Positions 27,520-36,828 of a stretch of DNA of 64,000 nt are shown here, one piece after another. The position numbers were made by a program, and so were the translations under genes. The notes beneath the pieces are model-generated. The model was given only the letters and a program-made list of their open reading frames with translations, was not told the origin of the DNA and did not search any database. Each line of letters begins with the position of its first letter. Within the stretch, counting starts at the first letter, position 1. The DNA lies in assembly GCA_964584985.1 (NCBI GenBank), contig CAZPBK010000001.1, forward strand, positions 60,742-124,741. The letters run 5' to 3'. This stretch comes from an uncultured Gammaproteobacteria bacterium (GTDB taxonomy: Bacteria; Patescibacteriota; Patescibacteriia; UBA11705; JABHMO01).

Positions 27520-28359
27520 TTATTTTACAATTTTTAATAAGGGGACTTTTCTTAGTTCAGGTGCTGAGAGATCGTAATAGTGCAAGTAACTATTATATTC
27601 TCCAAGCAATTCACCGTGGTCTGAAGTAATAAATATAGTTATATTTTGCGGTAGATTATTGATAAGCTTTTCCACATATTTCAAAGCTAGTTTCAAATTG
27701 CCTTCATAGGCTTTTTTAAAATCCTCCTTTGAAAGTTGTTTTTTTCTGATCTTTGAAATAACAGCCTCGTCATTCCCTTCAATGGGATTTTTACTTGAAG
27801 TGATGATACTCGGTTCACCAATCCATGGTCCGTGTGGTTGCATGAACCAAAAAATATTTTTTTTCGAACTATCATAATGCTTTAAAGATTCCTTGTAAAG
27901 TATCTCGGGATGAACAGTATTTAACTTTTTATTCCAACCATAATCCCAAACGTCAATAATATAATCTTTTTTAAAATGGTCTGTTGCTTTATATCCCAAA
28001 ATCTCAATTCCTTGTGAATTTATATGAGGATTTGTAGAAAGTAATTTTATATTTGGATATTTTTTATTAAAGGTTTTTTTGAACCAACCAATTGTGCCAC
28101 TGGCGGGAGAATGAAGAGCTTTTAATTCTCCTTTTAAATGTTTTTTATAGTTTTTTTTAAAATAATCATATCTACAAGCATCCAAAACAATTAGAACATC
28201 CCACTTCTCCTCATTTAAATAGTTCAATTGGCACGAGCCTGTTTTCTTATTAATTAATTTATACAATAAACCAAGAAACAAAAACCTAAAACTACATTTG
28301 CTACGTTTTTGTAACATTTGTTTTAATATAAAAATTAATCTTTTTATGGTTTTTATCAT
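27520..28359 (-). CDS. Second alkaline-phosphatase-superfamily / sulfatase-like protein
   Basis: Motifs LIVLDACRYDYF, TSDHGELLGE and QPHGPW. Confidence 0.5.
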   Translation of the reverse strand: MIKTIKRLIFILKQMLQKRSKCSFRFLFLGLLYKLINKKTGSCQLNYLNEEKWDVLIVLDACRYDYFKKNYKKHLKGELKALHSPASGTIGWFKKTFNKKYPNIKLLSTNPHINSQGIEILGYKATDHFKKDYIIDVWDYGWNKKLNTVHPEILYKESLKHYDSSKKNIFWFMQPHGPWIGEPSIITSSKNPIEGNDEAVISKIRKKQLSKEDFKKAYEGNLKLALKYVEKLINNLPQNITIFITSDHGELLGEYNSYLHYYDLSAPELRKVPLLKIVK

Positions 28360-29051
28360 TTTTTGTTAACAAATTTACAAAACACTGTTGTAAAGCCTAT
28401 CTTATTTTTAAATTCTTGATCAACTTTTTTGTTAAAGTAATTTACAAAAAATTGATCTCTTCGAAATATCCATTTTGATATATATAGATTTAAAACATAA
28501 AAAATTTCCCACCAGGCACCTTTAATAATACTATCCGTTATTTTAAAATTACTTTTTTTTCCTATTTCCTTGATTTTTTTTAATGAATAATGTCTATGGC
28601 CGGTTAACCACCATGCAGGATCAAAAACATTACTGAAAAAGCTTTTATTTGGTGTTGATAAATAAAAAGTCCCGTTTGGCTTTAAAACCCTAGATATTTC
28701 CTTAAACATTTGCCTTTCTGTTTTTTGAGGAATATGTTCAATTACTTCCCAACTGACCACTGTATCAAACTGATTGTCATTAAAAGGTAAACTAAGAGCA
28801 GAGCCTTTAATGAACTTTATTTGAGGATTTTTTATATTTTTTCTTGCAGTTAGTAAATCTTTTTCAGACGGTTCAATTCCTACAACCTTAAAACATTTTT
28901 TGTTTACACAGGCAAGTTCAAACCAGCCGTAACCACAACCAACATCTAAAATACTTTTATTTACCATGTCTGCTTTACTTACAAAGTCTATATTGAATTT
29001 AGTTCTACCGTGCTGTTCAAGTCTTGGCTTTTCATTGACTACATTTTTCAT
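28356..29051 (-). CDS. Class I SAM-dependent methyltransferase
   Basis: Motif I ILDVGCGYGWF, plus post-I acidic and Motif II-like segments. Confidence 0.75.
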   Translation of the reverse strand: MKNVVNEKPRLEQHGRTKFNIDFVSKADMVNKSILDVGCGYGWFELACVNKKCFKVVGIEPSEKDLLTARKNIKNPQIKFIKGSALSLPFNDNQFDTVVSWEVIEHIPQKTERQMFKEISRVLKPNGTFYLSTPNKSFFSNVFDPAWWLTGHRHYSLKKIKEIGKKSNFKITDSIIKGAWWEIFYVLNLYISKWIFRRDQFFVNYFNKKVDQEFKNKIGFTTVFCKFVNKK

Positions 29052-29881
29052 AGATTGGAGTTTACTAAATAATAAGTTCTATTTTCAATAAAATCAACAA
29101 TTTTAAAGCTACTTGAATCAATAATTTTTTCAAATTTTTCTTGATCAATTACATTTTTATGTATTTCCACAAAAATTGACCTTACTCTTTTTTCAAAGAA
29201 ATCAATGGATTTATAAAACACTTTTTCCTCTTCCCCTTCTATATCTATCTTTAATAAATCGATTTTGTAGATTTGGTGTATTTTACAAAATTCTTCAATT
29301 GTATATATTGCAACAAGTTCATTTTTTTTACTTTTGCTTAGGCTGTATGAATCCGGGGAAGCTGATAAATCCAAGTTACCCTTGCCTAAATAGTCTGAAA
29401 TTGCACATTTATATGATTTTATGTTTTTATAATTATTTAATTTCAAATTTTGATTTAATAATTCAAAATTTTGTTTACTGGGTTCCACGGCATAAATTAT
29501 TGGCTTTTTTTGGTATAAATGATTATTCACATAAATTGAAAATAATCCAATGTTCGCTCCAATATCCACGATTATGGGATTATTCGTTGTTGGAAAATAT
29601 TTTTCGGGATATTCAAGATCTGCATTTATTATTACCACTTCACCTAAATCACATGACTTTGTCCTTGCTTTTATCTCTGTTCCATTTCTAAGTTTGTAAA
29701 TCGTATATTGATTTTTGAAAAACCCCAAAAAATCCAAAACCGCTGTTTGAATATTTTTTATTGCTTTTAATGTCAAATAAATTTTTTTTATCATTTGTTT
29801 AATAAATATTTTATTCCAACAACAACCCTTAAAGCAAATAAATTGATTGATAAAAGCGGATGACTTAATAATCGTTTCCAT
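29048..29881 (-). CDS. FkbM-family methyltransferase
   Basis: Motif IVDIGANIGLFSIY with an FkbM-like length of 277 aa. Overlaps neighbours in an operon-like arrangement. Confidence 0.65.
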   Translation of the reverse strand: METIIKSSAFINQFICFKGCCWNKIFIKQMIKKIYLTLKAIKNIQTAVLDFLGFFKNQYTIYKLRNGTEIKARTKSCDLGEVVIINADLEYPEKYFPTTNNPIIVDIGANIGLFSIYVNNHLYQKKPIIYAVEPSKQNFELLNQNLKLNNYKNIKSYKCAISDYLGKGNLDLSASPDSYSLSKSKKNELVAIYTIEEFCKIHQIYKIDLLKIDIEGEEEKVFYKSIDFFEKRVRSIFVEIHKNVIDQEKFEKIIDSSSFKIVDFIENRTYYLVNSNL

Positions 29882-30666
29882 TTACCATTTTCTGTAAAAA
29901 CTCCTAAATACCTATATTTAATTCCTAACTGCTTTTTTACATCAGGATCATCCTTCCCCCATTTTTTTATATATGGTTCAATAGTTGGTACATATTTACT
30001 TTTCTTATTTAAATAAACACCTAATGTTAGCCATTCCTCATGATGATAGATTTTATTTTTCGTAATACTTAATTTATTTGTTATTTCTTTTATCATTTTT
30101 GTTAAATCCCAATCATCCGGAGCAAACGGCATATTGATTTCATCAAACCCACTGACTTGTTCAAAAATATCTTTTTTAAAAACTCTCAAAGCATCAATGC
30201 AAGTTTGGTTATAAAAACTCCTTTCAAAATTTCTGATTTTCCCAAACCAACCTTTTCCCATTACGAACTCAGGAACATATAAAGCATCGAATTGTTGTAT
30301 TTTTTCGGCAATTTCTTGAAAAAGGCCCTTTTCAAAGGTCATATCCGCATCAGGAACAAATAAAATCTCACCATTTGCCTTTGATGCCCCGAAATTCACT
30401 TGTGCGCCGCGAAAGTTTTCCACATTCGTTAGCTTTTTTTCGTTTGCCAAATTATATACTTTATCAATCAAACTGCGAGCTTTTTCGCGTGTTGAATCTT
30501 TTGAATTATTGTCAACCACAATAATCTCCACTCTGTCTTTTGGATAATCAAGAGAATCAATTGAATTAATAATGTTTTTGATATTCTTTTCTTCGTTATA
30601 GGTTGCAATAATTGTTGAAATTAGAGGTAATTTATGCATAGTTGTTATCTTATTTTCTAAAATCAA
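29791..30666 (-). CDS. Glycosyltransferase family 2
   Basis: LISTIIATYNEEKNI, VEIIVVDNNSKD and DADM motifs. Confidence 0.75.
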   Translation of the reverse strand: MILENKITTMHKLPLISTIIATYNEEKNIKNIINSIDSLDYPKDRVEIIVVDNNSKDSTREKARSLIDKVYNLANEKKLTNVENFRGAQVNFGASKANGEILFVPDADMTFEKGLFQEIAEKIQQFDALYVPEFVMGKGWFGKIRNFERSFYNQTCIDALRVFKKDIFEQVSGFDEINMPFAPDDWDLTKMIKEITNKLSITKNKIYHHEEWLTLGVYLNKKSKYVPTIEPYIKKWGKDDPDVKKQLGIKYRYLGVFTENGKWKRLLSHPLLSINLFALRVVVGIKYLLNK

Positions 30667-32119
30667 TTAAATGGCCGAAAAATTTCATACTCGACCTGAA
30701 CAAATATTTTACATCATCAAGGTTTTTGATATTTATAATTTTTCGCCAAATAAATTGCGGGCTTATAAATGATTTATATAAACCTTGAGTTAATTCCTTA
30801 ACATCAGCCGTAGTTAACTCGGATTTCATGACTTGTTCCCTTTGATCGTATCTGTCATAATCAACAAAATTCAGTAATTTTTTTTCTCGGCAATATTTAT
30901 ATAAAGGCGTTCCAGGATAAGGGATAACGACCGTAGCTTGAAGTGTGTCAACATAGCCTTTTTTGAATAATCTTTTAGCCAAATCAACAGTTTTTTTAGC
31001 CTCGGCTTTACTTTCCCATGGATAGCCAATCATAGCCGTAATATGAGGCTCCAATCCTGCCTGCTTACATATTTTTAAATTCGGTTCAATTTCTTCCACC
31101 TTCAAACCTTTTTTAATTTTATCCAAAGTTTCTTGATTGGCTGATTCCAAACCAAAAAGAATAAATCTAAAACCGGCTTTTTTCATTAATTTCCAAGTTT
31201 CAATATTTTTAATTCCATTAATCCTCATGTTACAACTCAAGGTTACTTTTTTATTGAAACCATATTTAATCATTCCTCGGCAAAATTCATATAACCAGTC
31301 CCCGATTGGTAAACTTCCGGAATCTTCCATTATTTCTTTAACTCCAAGATCTATTAGTCTTTTAACTTCGCTCAGAGCTTGTTGAGCTGACATTTTTCTG
31401 AATTTTGAACCAGGGAAAAGAGTTGTCCATGAGCAAAAAGTACATTTCCCCCACCAACAATCTCTACCACTCATTAAATATGAACCTGGTGTATATTTAA
31501 AATTACCATTTTTGTAGGCATAAAGTTTCCATTCGGTCAATTGTCTGTCAATTAAGGGTAATTCTGTCAGCTTATGAGAATGAAAACCATATTCACCGGT
31601 ATTATTTATTAAACTACCTTCTCTATAATAAATTCCCTTTTCCAAACTTGTTGCCTTATCCAAGTGATTAGCAATACTTAATAACAAAAAGTCAAAATCA
31701 CCTGATTTTATTACATAATCTACTTTAGAGTTATTTAGTGATTCTTCCGGCAGAGCTGTGACATGATCTCCCATCAATACAATTTTCAACTTCCAATCTT
31801 CAGTCTTTGATGAAATCTTTTTTAATTTATTTATAATTTGCCAATGCTTTTTTATAACTGGTGTTTTGGTCTCAATCGCGACAAGTTCCGGTTTTTTTTC
31901 AACAATAAAGTCAAACCATTCTTTTTCCGATTGTTCTTTGGCAATTCCATCAGCCCAAAGAACTTCGTGACCATTATTTTTTAATAATGTTGCTGCATAG
32001 GCCGGAATAACAGGATAAATATAAGTGGGACTATTAAACCATTGGAATTGTCTATTTTGGGTAAGAAGTGGAACCCCTTTTTTTGATTCAATTGGAGGAA
32101 AACAAATAGCAACCTTCAT
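30650..32119 (-). CDS. B12-binding-domain radical SAM protein
   Basis: N-terminal cobalamin-binding-like domain. The radical-SAM cluster reads DCWWGKCTFCSW (CxxxCxxC) at ~residue 220. 489 aa. Confidence 0.75.
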   Translation of the reverse strand: MKVAICFPPIESKKGVPLLTQNRQFQWFNSPTYIYPVIPAYAATLLKNNGHEVLWADGIAKEQSEKEWFDFIVEKKPELVAIETKTPVIKKHWQIINKLKKISSKTEDWKLKIVLMGDHVTALPEESLNNSKVDYVIKSGDFDFLLLSIANHLDKATSLEKGIYYREGSLINNTGEYGFHSHKLTELPLIDRQLTEWKLYAYKNGNFKYTPGSYLMSGRDCWWGKCTFCSWTTLFPGSKFRKMSAQQALSEVKRLIDLGVKEIMEDSGSLPIGDWLYEFCRGMIKYGFNKKVTLSCNMRINGIKNIETWKLMKKAGFRFILFGLESANQETLDKIKKGLKVEEIEPNLKICKQAGLEPHITAMIGYPWESKAEAKKTVDLAKRLFKKGYVDTLQATVVIPYPGTPLYKYCREKKLLNFVDYDRYDQREQVMKSELTTADVKELTQGLYKSFISPQFIWRKIINIKNLDDVKYLFRSSMKFFGHLIDFRK

Positions 32120-32120
32120 A

Positions 32121-33092
32121 TTATCTTAATTTGCTAGTTAAATTTTTTACGCACAAACCTTTTAAAAAATTGTAGCCATAACTTAAATGAGTACCTAATA
32201 TATAGGGTACTACTCCAAAACTGATTTTCCAATCTTTTTCATATTTTCTGATTTGCCAAACAGCAATCACAAGACCAATTAGATACACTAACCAACCAAA
32301 TATATATAGATTTAAAATTAATTTTGAAATAAGACTTCCAATCAGTCCGATCACAACAAATACAAGAAATAAGCTGGGAATAAAATATTTTAATTTAAGG
32401 GATGTTTTTGGAAATTTTTTAGCAAAATAACCTCTATGCAAGCCATAAGCACCTACCTGCTTCAAATGTTTTAAAAAACCTTTTCTTCTGTGATGAAAAA
32501 CAATTAGCTCCGGATTGTATAATATTTTCTTTCCAGTATTTATTAAGTCCAGACACATTAAGGTATCTTCACCTGGCCAATATTTTGATTTGAATCCACC
32601 GATATTTTCAAAATCAACCTTTTTTACTGAGAGATTAACACTGGGCCAATCATCAACAAATTTTTTTTTACCAACTGACACATATCTTTCGGCACATCCG
32701 CCTGAAAAACCGCTCAAAAAAACTGCACCAGATAGTTTTTGGCCAAAACTATCATCTTTAGGTGTTATAGCCGGACCGGCTACAGCACCAAGGTCAGAAT
32801 TTTTAAAAGATTTATCTAACTTTTCCAAAAAATCCTCTTTTGGGTAAGCATCATCATCAATAAATATTAAAATTTCGCCTTGAGCATGATTCATAGCCAT
32901 ACTTCTCTTCATGGCCGGCCCCCCCGGACCACTTGATATTTGTTTTGTTTTTGGCCAATTTTCACTATTGCTTCGGTCCGGAAAAATTAATATTTCATAA
33001 TCACTTCTTTCAATTTTAAGAATGTTCGGAACGGCTTCCCGAATATAATTATTTATTTCCTTAACTGGAATTATAAAACTATATTTAATCAT
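32121..33092 (-). CDS. Glycosyltransferase family 2 with C-terminal transmembrane anchors
   Basis: YSFIIPVKEINNY, FIDDDAYP (DxD) and a GxGGxxxKR-like segment. The last ~90 aa form two TM helices. Confidence 0.65.
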   Translation of the reverse strand: MIKYSFIIPVKEINNYIREAVPNILKIERSDYEILIFPDRSNSENWPKTKQISSGPGGPAMKRSMAMNHAQGEILIFIDDDAYPKEDFLEKLDKSFKNSDLGAVAGPAITPKDDSFGQKLSGAVFLSGFSGGCAERYVSVGKKKFVDDWPSVNLSVKKVDFENIGGFKSKYWPGEDTLMCLDLINTGKKILYNPELIVFHHRRKGFLKHLKQVGAYGLHRGYFAKKFPKTSLKLKYFIPSLFLVFVVIGLIGSLISKLILNLYIFGWLVYLIGLVIAVWQIRKYEKDWKISFGVVPYILGTHLSYGYNFLKGLCVKNLTSKLR

Positions 33093-34389
33093 GTTTTTTT
33101 CCTATACAATAATATTTAAAACCCAATTCATTCATTTTCTTGGGGTTATGAGCATTTCTGCCATCAATAAACACATTGCCCTTCATTGATTCTTTAATTC
33201 TTTTTAAATCAATTTGTTTGAATTCATCCCAATCAGTACATAAAATAATTGAATCAACATTTTTTGCTGCTTGATAGGGACATTCAAAATAATTTATATT
33301 CGGATAGTGTTTTTGAAAATTATTTAAGGCCGCTGGGTCAAATACATTTACTTTGATCTCATGATCCAAAAGATTTTGAACTAATTCCAGTGATGGAGCA
33401 AACCTTATGTCATCAGTATTTGGTTTAAAGGATACCCCCCAAATGGCTACGGATAAATTATTAATTTCCTTATTATAAGCCTTTGATAGTTTTTGAAATA
33501 GTGCCTTTTTCATTTTATTATTCAATAATTCTACTTTTTCCAATATTTCAAAATTTTCATTATTCTGTTTACCGATATGGATCAAGGCTTGAACATCTTT
33601 GGGAAAACAAGAACCTCCATAACCACAACCAGCATCTAAAAAGGCGTTCCGACCAATTCTTTTATCAAGCTTCATTCCTTGAGAAACTTTGTTCACATCA
33701 GCCCCGGCCTTTTCACAGATATTGGCAATTGAATTAATAAAAGAAATGCTTGTAGCCAAAAAGGCGTTTGAAGCGTATTTTATCATTTCTGCACTTTTTA
33801 AATCAGTTGTAACAATCGGACAATTTAACGGCTGATATAATTTTTTCATTATACTCAACGCTTTATAGTCTTTACTATCACAACCGAGGACAACTCTATC
33901 GGAATTAAGAAAATCATCAACTGCAGTCCCTTCACGCAAAAATTCCGGATTTGAAACAACATCAAAAGAACCATTATATTGTTCTTGTATTATTTGGGTT
34001 ACTAAATCACCTGTACCGACCGGAACTGTACTTTTATTAACAATTATTGTATATTTTTTTATATTTTGACCAATACTTTTGGCAACATCTTTGATAAACG
34101 AAAGATCGCACTCTCCGTTTTCTTTTGGCGGTGTACCAACGGCAATAAAAACCATATCCACCTCATCAAAAAATGTTTGAATATTATTTTCAAAAAACAG
34201 CCTCTTTTCTTTGATGTTTTTACAAACCATTTCCTCCAATCCCGGCTCATAAATGGGAATATTCCCCTTTTGCAATAAGGCAATTTTATTTTTGTCTACA
34301 TCAATACAAGTTACATTATTGCCTAAATTCGCTAAGCATGTTCCAGTAACTAAGCCAACATAGCCTGTGCCAATTACAGCAATTTTCAT
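33085..34389 (-). CDS. ugd: UDP-glucose 6-dehydrogenase
   Basis: Rossmann motif MKIAVIGTGYVGLVTG and catalytic block GYGGSCFPKD. 434 aa. Confidence 0.9.
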   Translation of the reverse strand: MKIAVIGTGYVGLVTGTCLANLGNNVTCIDVDKNKIALLQKGNIPIYEPGLEEMVCKNIKEKRLFFENNIQTFFDEVDMVFIAVGTPPKENGECDLSFIKDVAKSIGQNIKKYTIIVNKSTVPVGTGDLVTQIIQEQYNGSFDVVSNPEFLREGTAVDDFLNSDRVVLGCDSKDYKALSIMKKLYQPLNCPIVTTDLKSAEMIKYASNAFLATSISFINSIANICEKAGADVNKVSQGMKLDKRIGRNAFLDAGCGYGGSCFPKDVQALIHIGKQNNENFEILEKVELLNNKMKKALFQKLSKAYNKEINNLSVAIWGVSFKPNTDDIRFAPSLELVQNLLDHEIKVNVFDPAALNNFQKHYPNINYFECPYQAAKNVDSIILCTDWDEFKQIDLKRIKESMKGNVFIDGRNAHNPKKMNELGFKYYCIGKKHD

Positions 34390-34395
34390 AAATTA

Positions 34396-35334
34396 TTATA
34401 TTACTTTTCTGAAATATTTTATAGTTTTTTGTAAACCTTGTTCTAGTGCTATTCCCGGTTGCCAATTTAATTTTTCCTTAGCTAAGCCGATATCTGGCTT
34501 TCTTTGTTTGGGATCGTCCTTAGGCAATTCCTTATATATAATTTGGCTAGTGGAACCGGGAACTAAATCCAATATTTTCTCTGCCAATTGTTTAATAGTA
34601 AATTCATCGGGATTTCCCAGGTTAACAGGCCCAATAAAATTATTTTTATTATTCATCATCAATAGCATACCATTTATTAAGTCATCCACATATTGGAACG
34701 CCCTGGTTTGTCCACCATCACCAAAAATTGTAATCGGTTGATTCTTTAATGCTTGAACGATAAAATTTGAAACAACTCGACCATCATTCGGATGCATATT
34801 AGGACCATAAGTATTAAAAATTCTAATAATACGAATATCAACTTTATTTGAACGATGGTAATCCATAAACAAACATTCAGCTGCTCTTTTTCCTTCATCA
34901 TAGCAGGAACGAATTCCAATAGGGTTTACATTTCCCCAATATATTTCTGATTGAGGATGAACATCAGGATCGCCATATACCTCCGATGTTGATGCTTGCA
35001 GAATTTTTGCTTTTACCCTTTTAGCTAAATCCAACATGTTAATGGCACCAGATACTGATGTTTTAATTGTTTTGATTGGATTATACTGGTAATGCACCGG
35101 GGAAGCCGGACAGGCTAGGTTATAAATTTGATCGACTTCTAATATTATAGGTTCGACAATATCGTGTCTTATAAATTCAAAATTTCTATTATTTAATAAG
35201 TCTTTTATATTATCTTTTGTTCCCGTAAAACAATTATCAAGGCAAATGACTTTATTTTTCTGTTCTAATAATTTTTTACATAAATGTGAACCTATAAAAC
35301 CCGCGCCTCCTGTTACTAAAATGGTTTTGTTCAT
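34396..35334 (-). CDS. uxs: UDP-glucuronate decarboxylase (UDP-xylose synthase family)
   Basis: [22 protein letters not shown] and CYDEGKR motifs. Collinear with UXS1/ArnA-decarboxylase-type SDR enzymes. 312 aa. Confidence 0.8.
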   Translation of the reverse strand: MNKTILVTGGAGFIGSHLCKKLLEQKNKVICLDNCFTGTKDNIKDLLNNRNFEFIRHDIVEPIILEVDQIYNLACPASPVHYQYNPIKTIKTSVSGAINMLDLAKRVKAKILQASTSEVYGDPDVHPQSEIYWGNVNPIGIRSCYDEGKRAAECLFMDYHRSNKVDIRIIRIFNTYGPNMHPNDGRVVSNFIVQALKNQPITIFGDGGQTRAFQYVDDLINGMLLMMNNKNNFIGPVNLGNPDEFTIKQLAEKILDLVPGSTSQIIYKELPKDDPKQRKPDIGLAKEKLNWQPGIALEQGLQKTIKYFRKVI

Positions 35335-36287
35335 AGATTTTTTGATCTTTCTTTAATTATATACATTGGTCGATTTATTACTTCTCTTTGGATGTTCCCT
35401 ATATATAAGGCTATTAAACCGAGACAACTCAAAACTATACCAATAAAAAATATTATTAAAACAGCTAGTTGAGCCGGTCCGGAAAAGTTAAAAGACCACG
35501 CAGGATAGAGATATTGTGTTACCAGCATGAATAAACCAATCGTCCCGGAAATTAAAATTATAAAAATACCTAAATACCCCGCTAACTTAAGTGGCAATAA
35601 GCTATTAGAAACAAATGAAGACAAGGCCAGTTTAGCTAGCTTTAAATAGCTATAACCTGGTTGTCCGCTTTTTCTTGGTCGAGCTTGAAAATTAACATAA
35701 GCCTTATTAAAACCAATCCAATTCAGTAATCCTCGAGTAATTCTTTGCTTTTCAGTTAACTTGTTGAATTCTTTAATAATTTTTTTGTCTATTAAACGAA
35801 AATCAGTTGAGTGGGGTTTTATTTTTGTCTCACTGATTAAATTTATAAGTTTATAATAAAATATTGCTCCCAATTTCCTTATTAAGCTTTCTCCAACATT
35901 AGCATCTCGAACTCCAATAACCATATCATTTCCTTGTTCCCATTTATCGATGAATTTATTTATTGTTTCCGGCGGATGTTGAAGATCCGCATCTATAATA
36001 ACGGCCGCTTGTCCGTTGACATGATGCAATCCCGCACTAGTGGCGATTTCTTTACCAAAATTTCTAGAAAAAGAAATATAATTAACATTTACATCTTTCT
36101 TTGCCAATTCTTTTATAGTGGTTAAACTCGTATCCGTACTTCCGTCGTCAACAAAAATGAACTCAAAGTTTTTATTCAATTCTTTTAATTCGTTGTATAA
36201 TTCTCTTATTGTTTCCTGTTCATTATAGACAGGAATAACTATTGAAATTCTAAACATTTTTTTTATTTCTATATAAATTTGGATCAA
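35331..36287 (-). CDS. GT2 polyprenyl-phosphate glycosyltransferase (DPM1/GtrB/ArnC-like) with two C-terminal TM helices
   Basis: [23 protein letters not shown] and DADLQHPP motifs, plus a C-terminal membrane anchor. Confidence 0.75.
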   Translation of the reverse strand: MIQIYIEIKKMFRISIVIPVYNEQETIRELYNELKELNKNFEFIFVDDGSTDTSLTTIKELAKKDVNVNYISFSRNFGKEIATSAGLHHVNGQAAVIIDADLQHPPETINKFIDKWEQGNDMVIGVRDANVGESLIRKLGAIFYYKLINLISETKIKPHSTDFRLIDKKIIKEFNKLTEKQRITRGLLNWIGFNKAYVNFQARPRKSGQPGYSYLKLAKLALSSFVSNSLLPLKLAGYLGIFIILISGTIGLFMLVTQYLYPAWSFNFSGPAQLAVLIIFFIGIVLSCLGLIALYIGNIQREVINRPMYIIKERSKNL

Positions 36288-36828
36288 TTACCTCCTTCAT
36301 TTTGTTGGAGTTAAGAAAAACATCAAGAAAGCTGATAATTTTATTGATATTTTCATCGGCATTAACAAAAAAATCATTGTATGAAACGCTTAAGACATCA
36401 AAATTATCTTTTTTGTTCAACCAAGCCTTAACTTCTTCTAAATGCTTTTCATACAAGGTTTTTATTTCCTTATCAGAAATGCTACTTTCTTTTTTTCTAT
36501 GAGCCAACATCTTATTTTGAGATCTTATTATTTCCTCCAAATCTCTTTCCATGAATATAACTTTATATCTGTAATTTTTGGGTAAATCATAAAGTAACAT
36601 TGAAATTATTTTCACAACCCTTCCCTTGGCTCGCTTCAACCATAATGAATCCTTTTTTGTTTTTTTTACTTTTTCAAACTCATAATACCCTTTTGGATTG
36701 TCTTTATCAGGTTTTCTAATATTGTCAACCAAAGATTTCAAACCTCCAGCTTCCAACATGTTCATCATCAAAGAGGTTCCGGACCTAGGTAGGCCGGAAA
36801 CTATAATTATCGGATTTTCATTTGACAT
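36250..36828 (-). CDS. PAPS-dependent sulfotransferase (Sulfotransfer_3-like)
   Basis: 5'-PSB motif IIIVSGLPRSGTSLMMNML. 192 aa, a small cytosolic sulfotransferase size. Context includes PAPS synthesis genes. Confidence 0.65.
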   Translation of the reverse strand: MSNENPIIIVSGLPRSGTSLMMNMLEAGGLKSLVDNIRKPDKDNPKGYYEFEKVKKTKKDSLWLKRAKGRVVKIISMLLYDLPKNYRYKVIFMERDLEEIIRSQNKMLAHRKKESSISDKEIKTLYEKHLEEVKAWLNKKDNFDVLSVSYNDFFVNADENINKIISFLDVFLNSNKMKEVIDPNLYRNKKNV

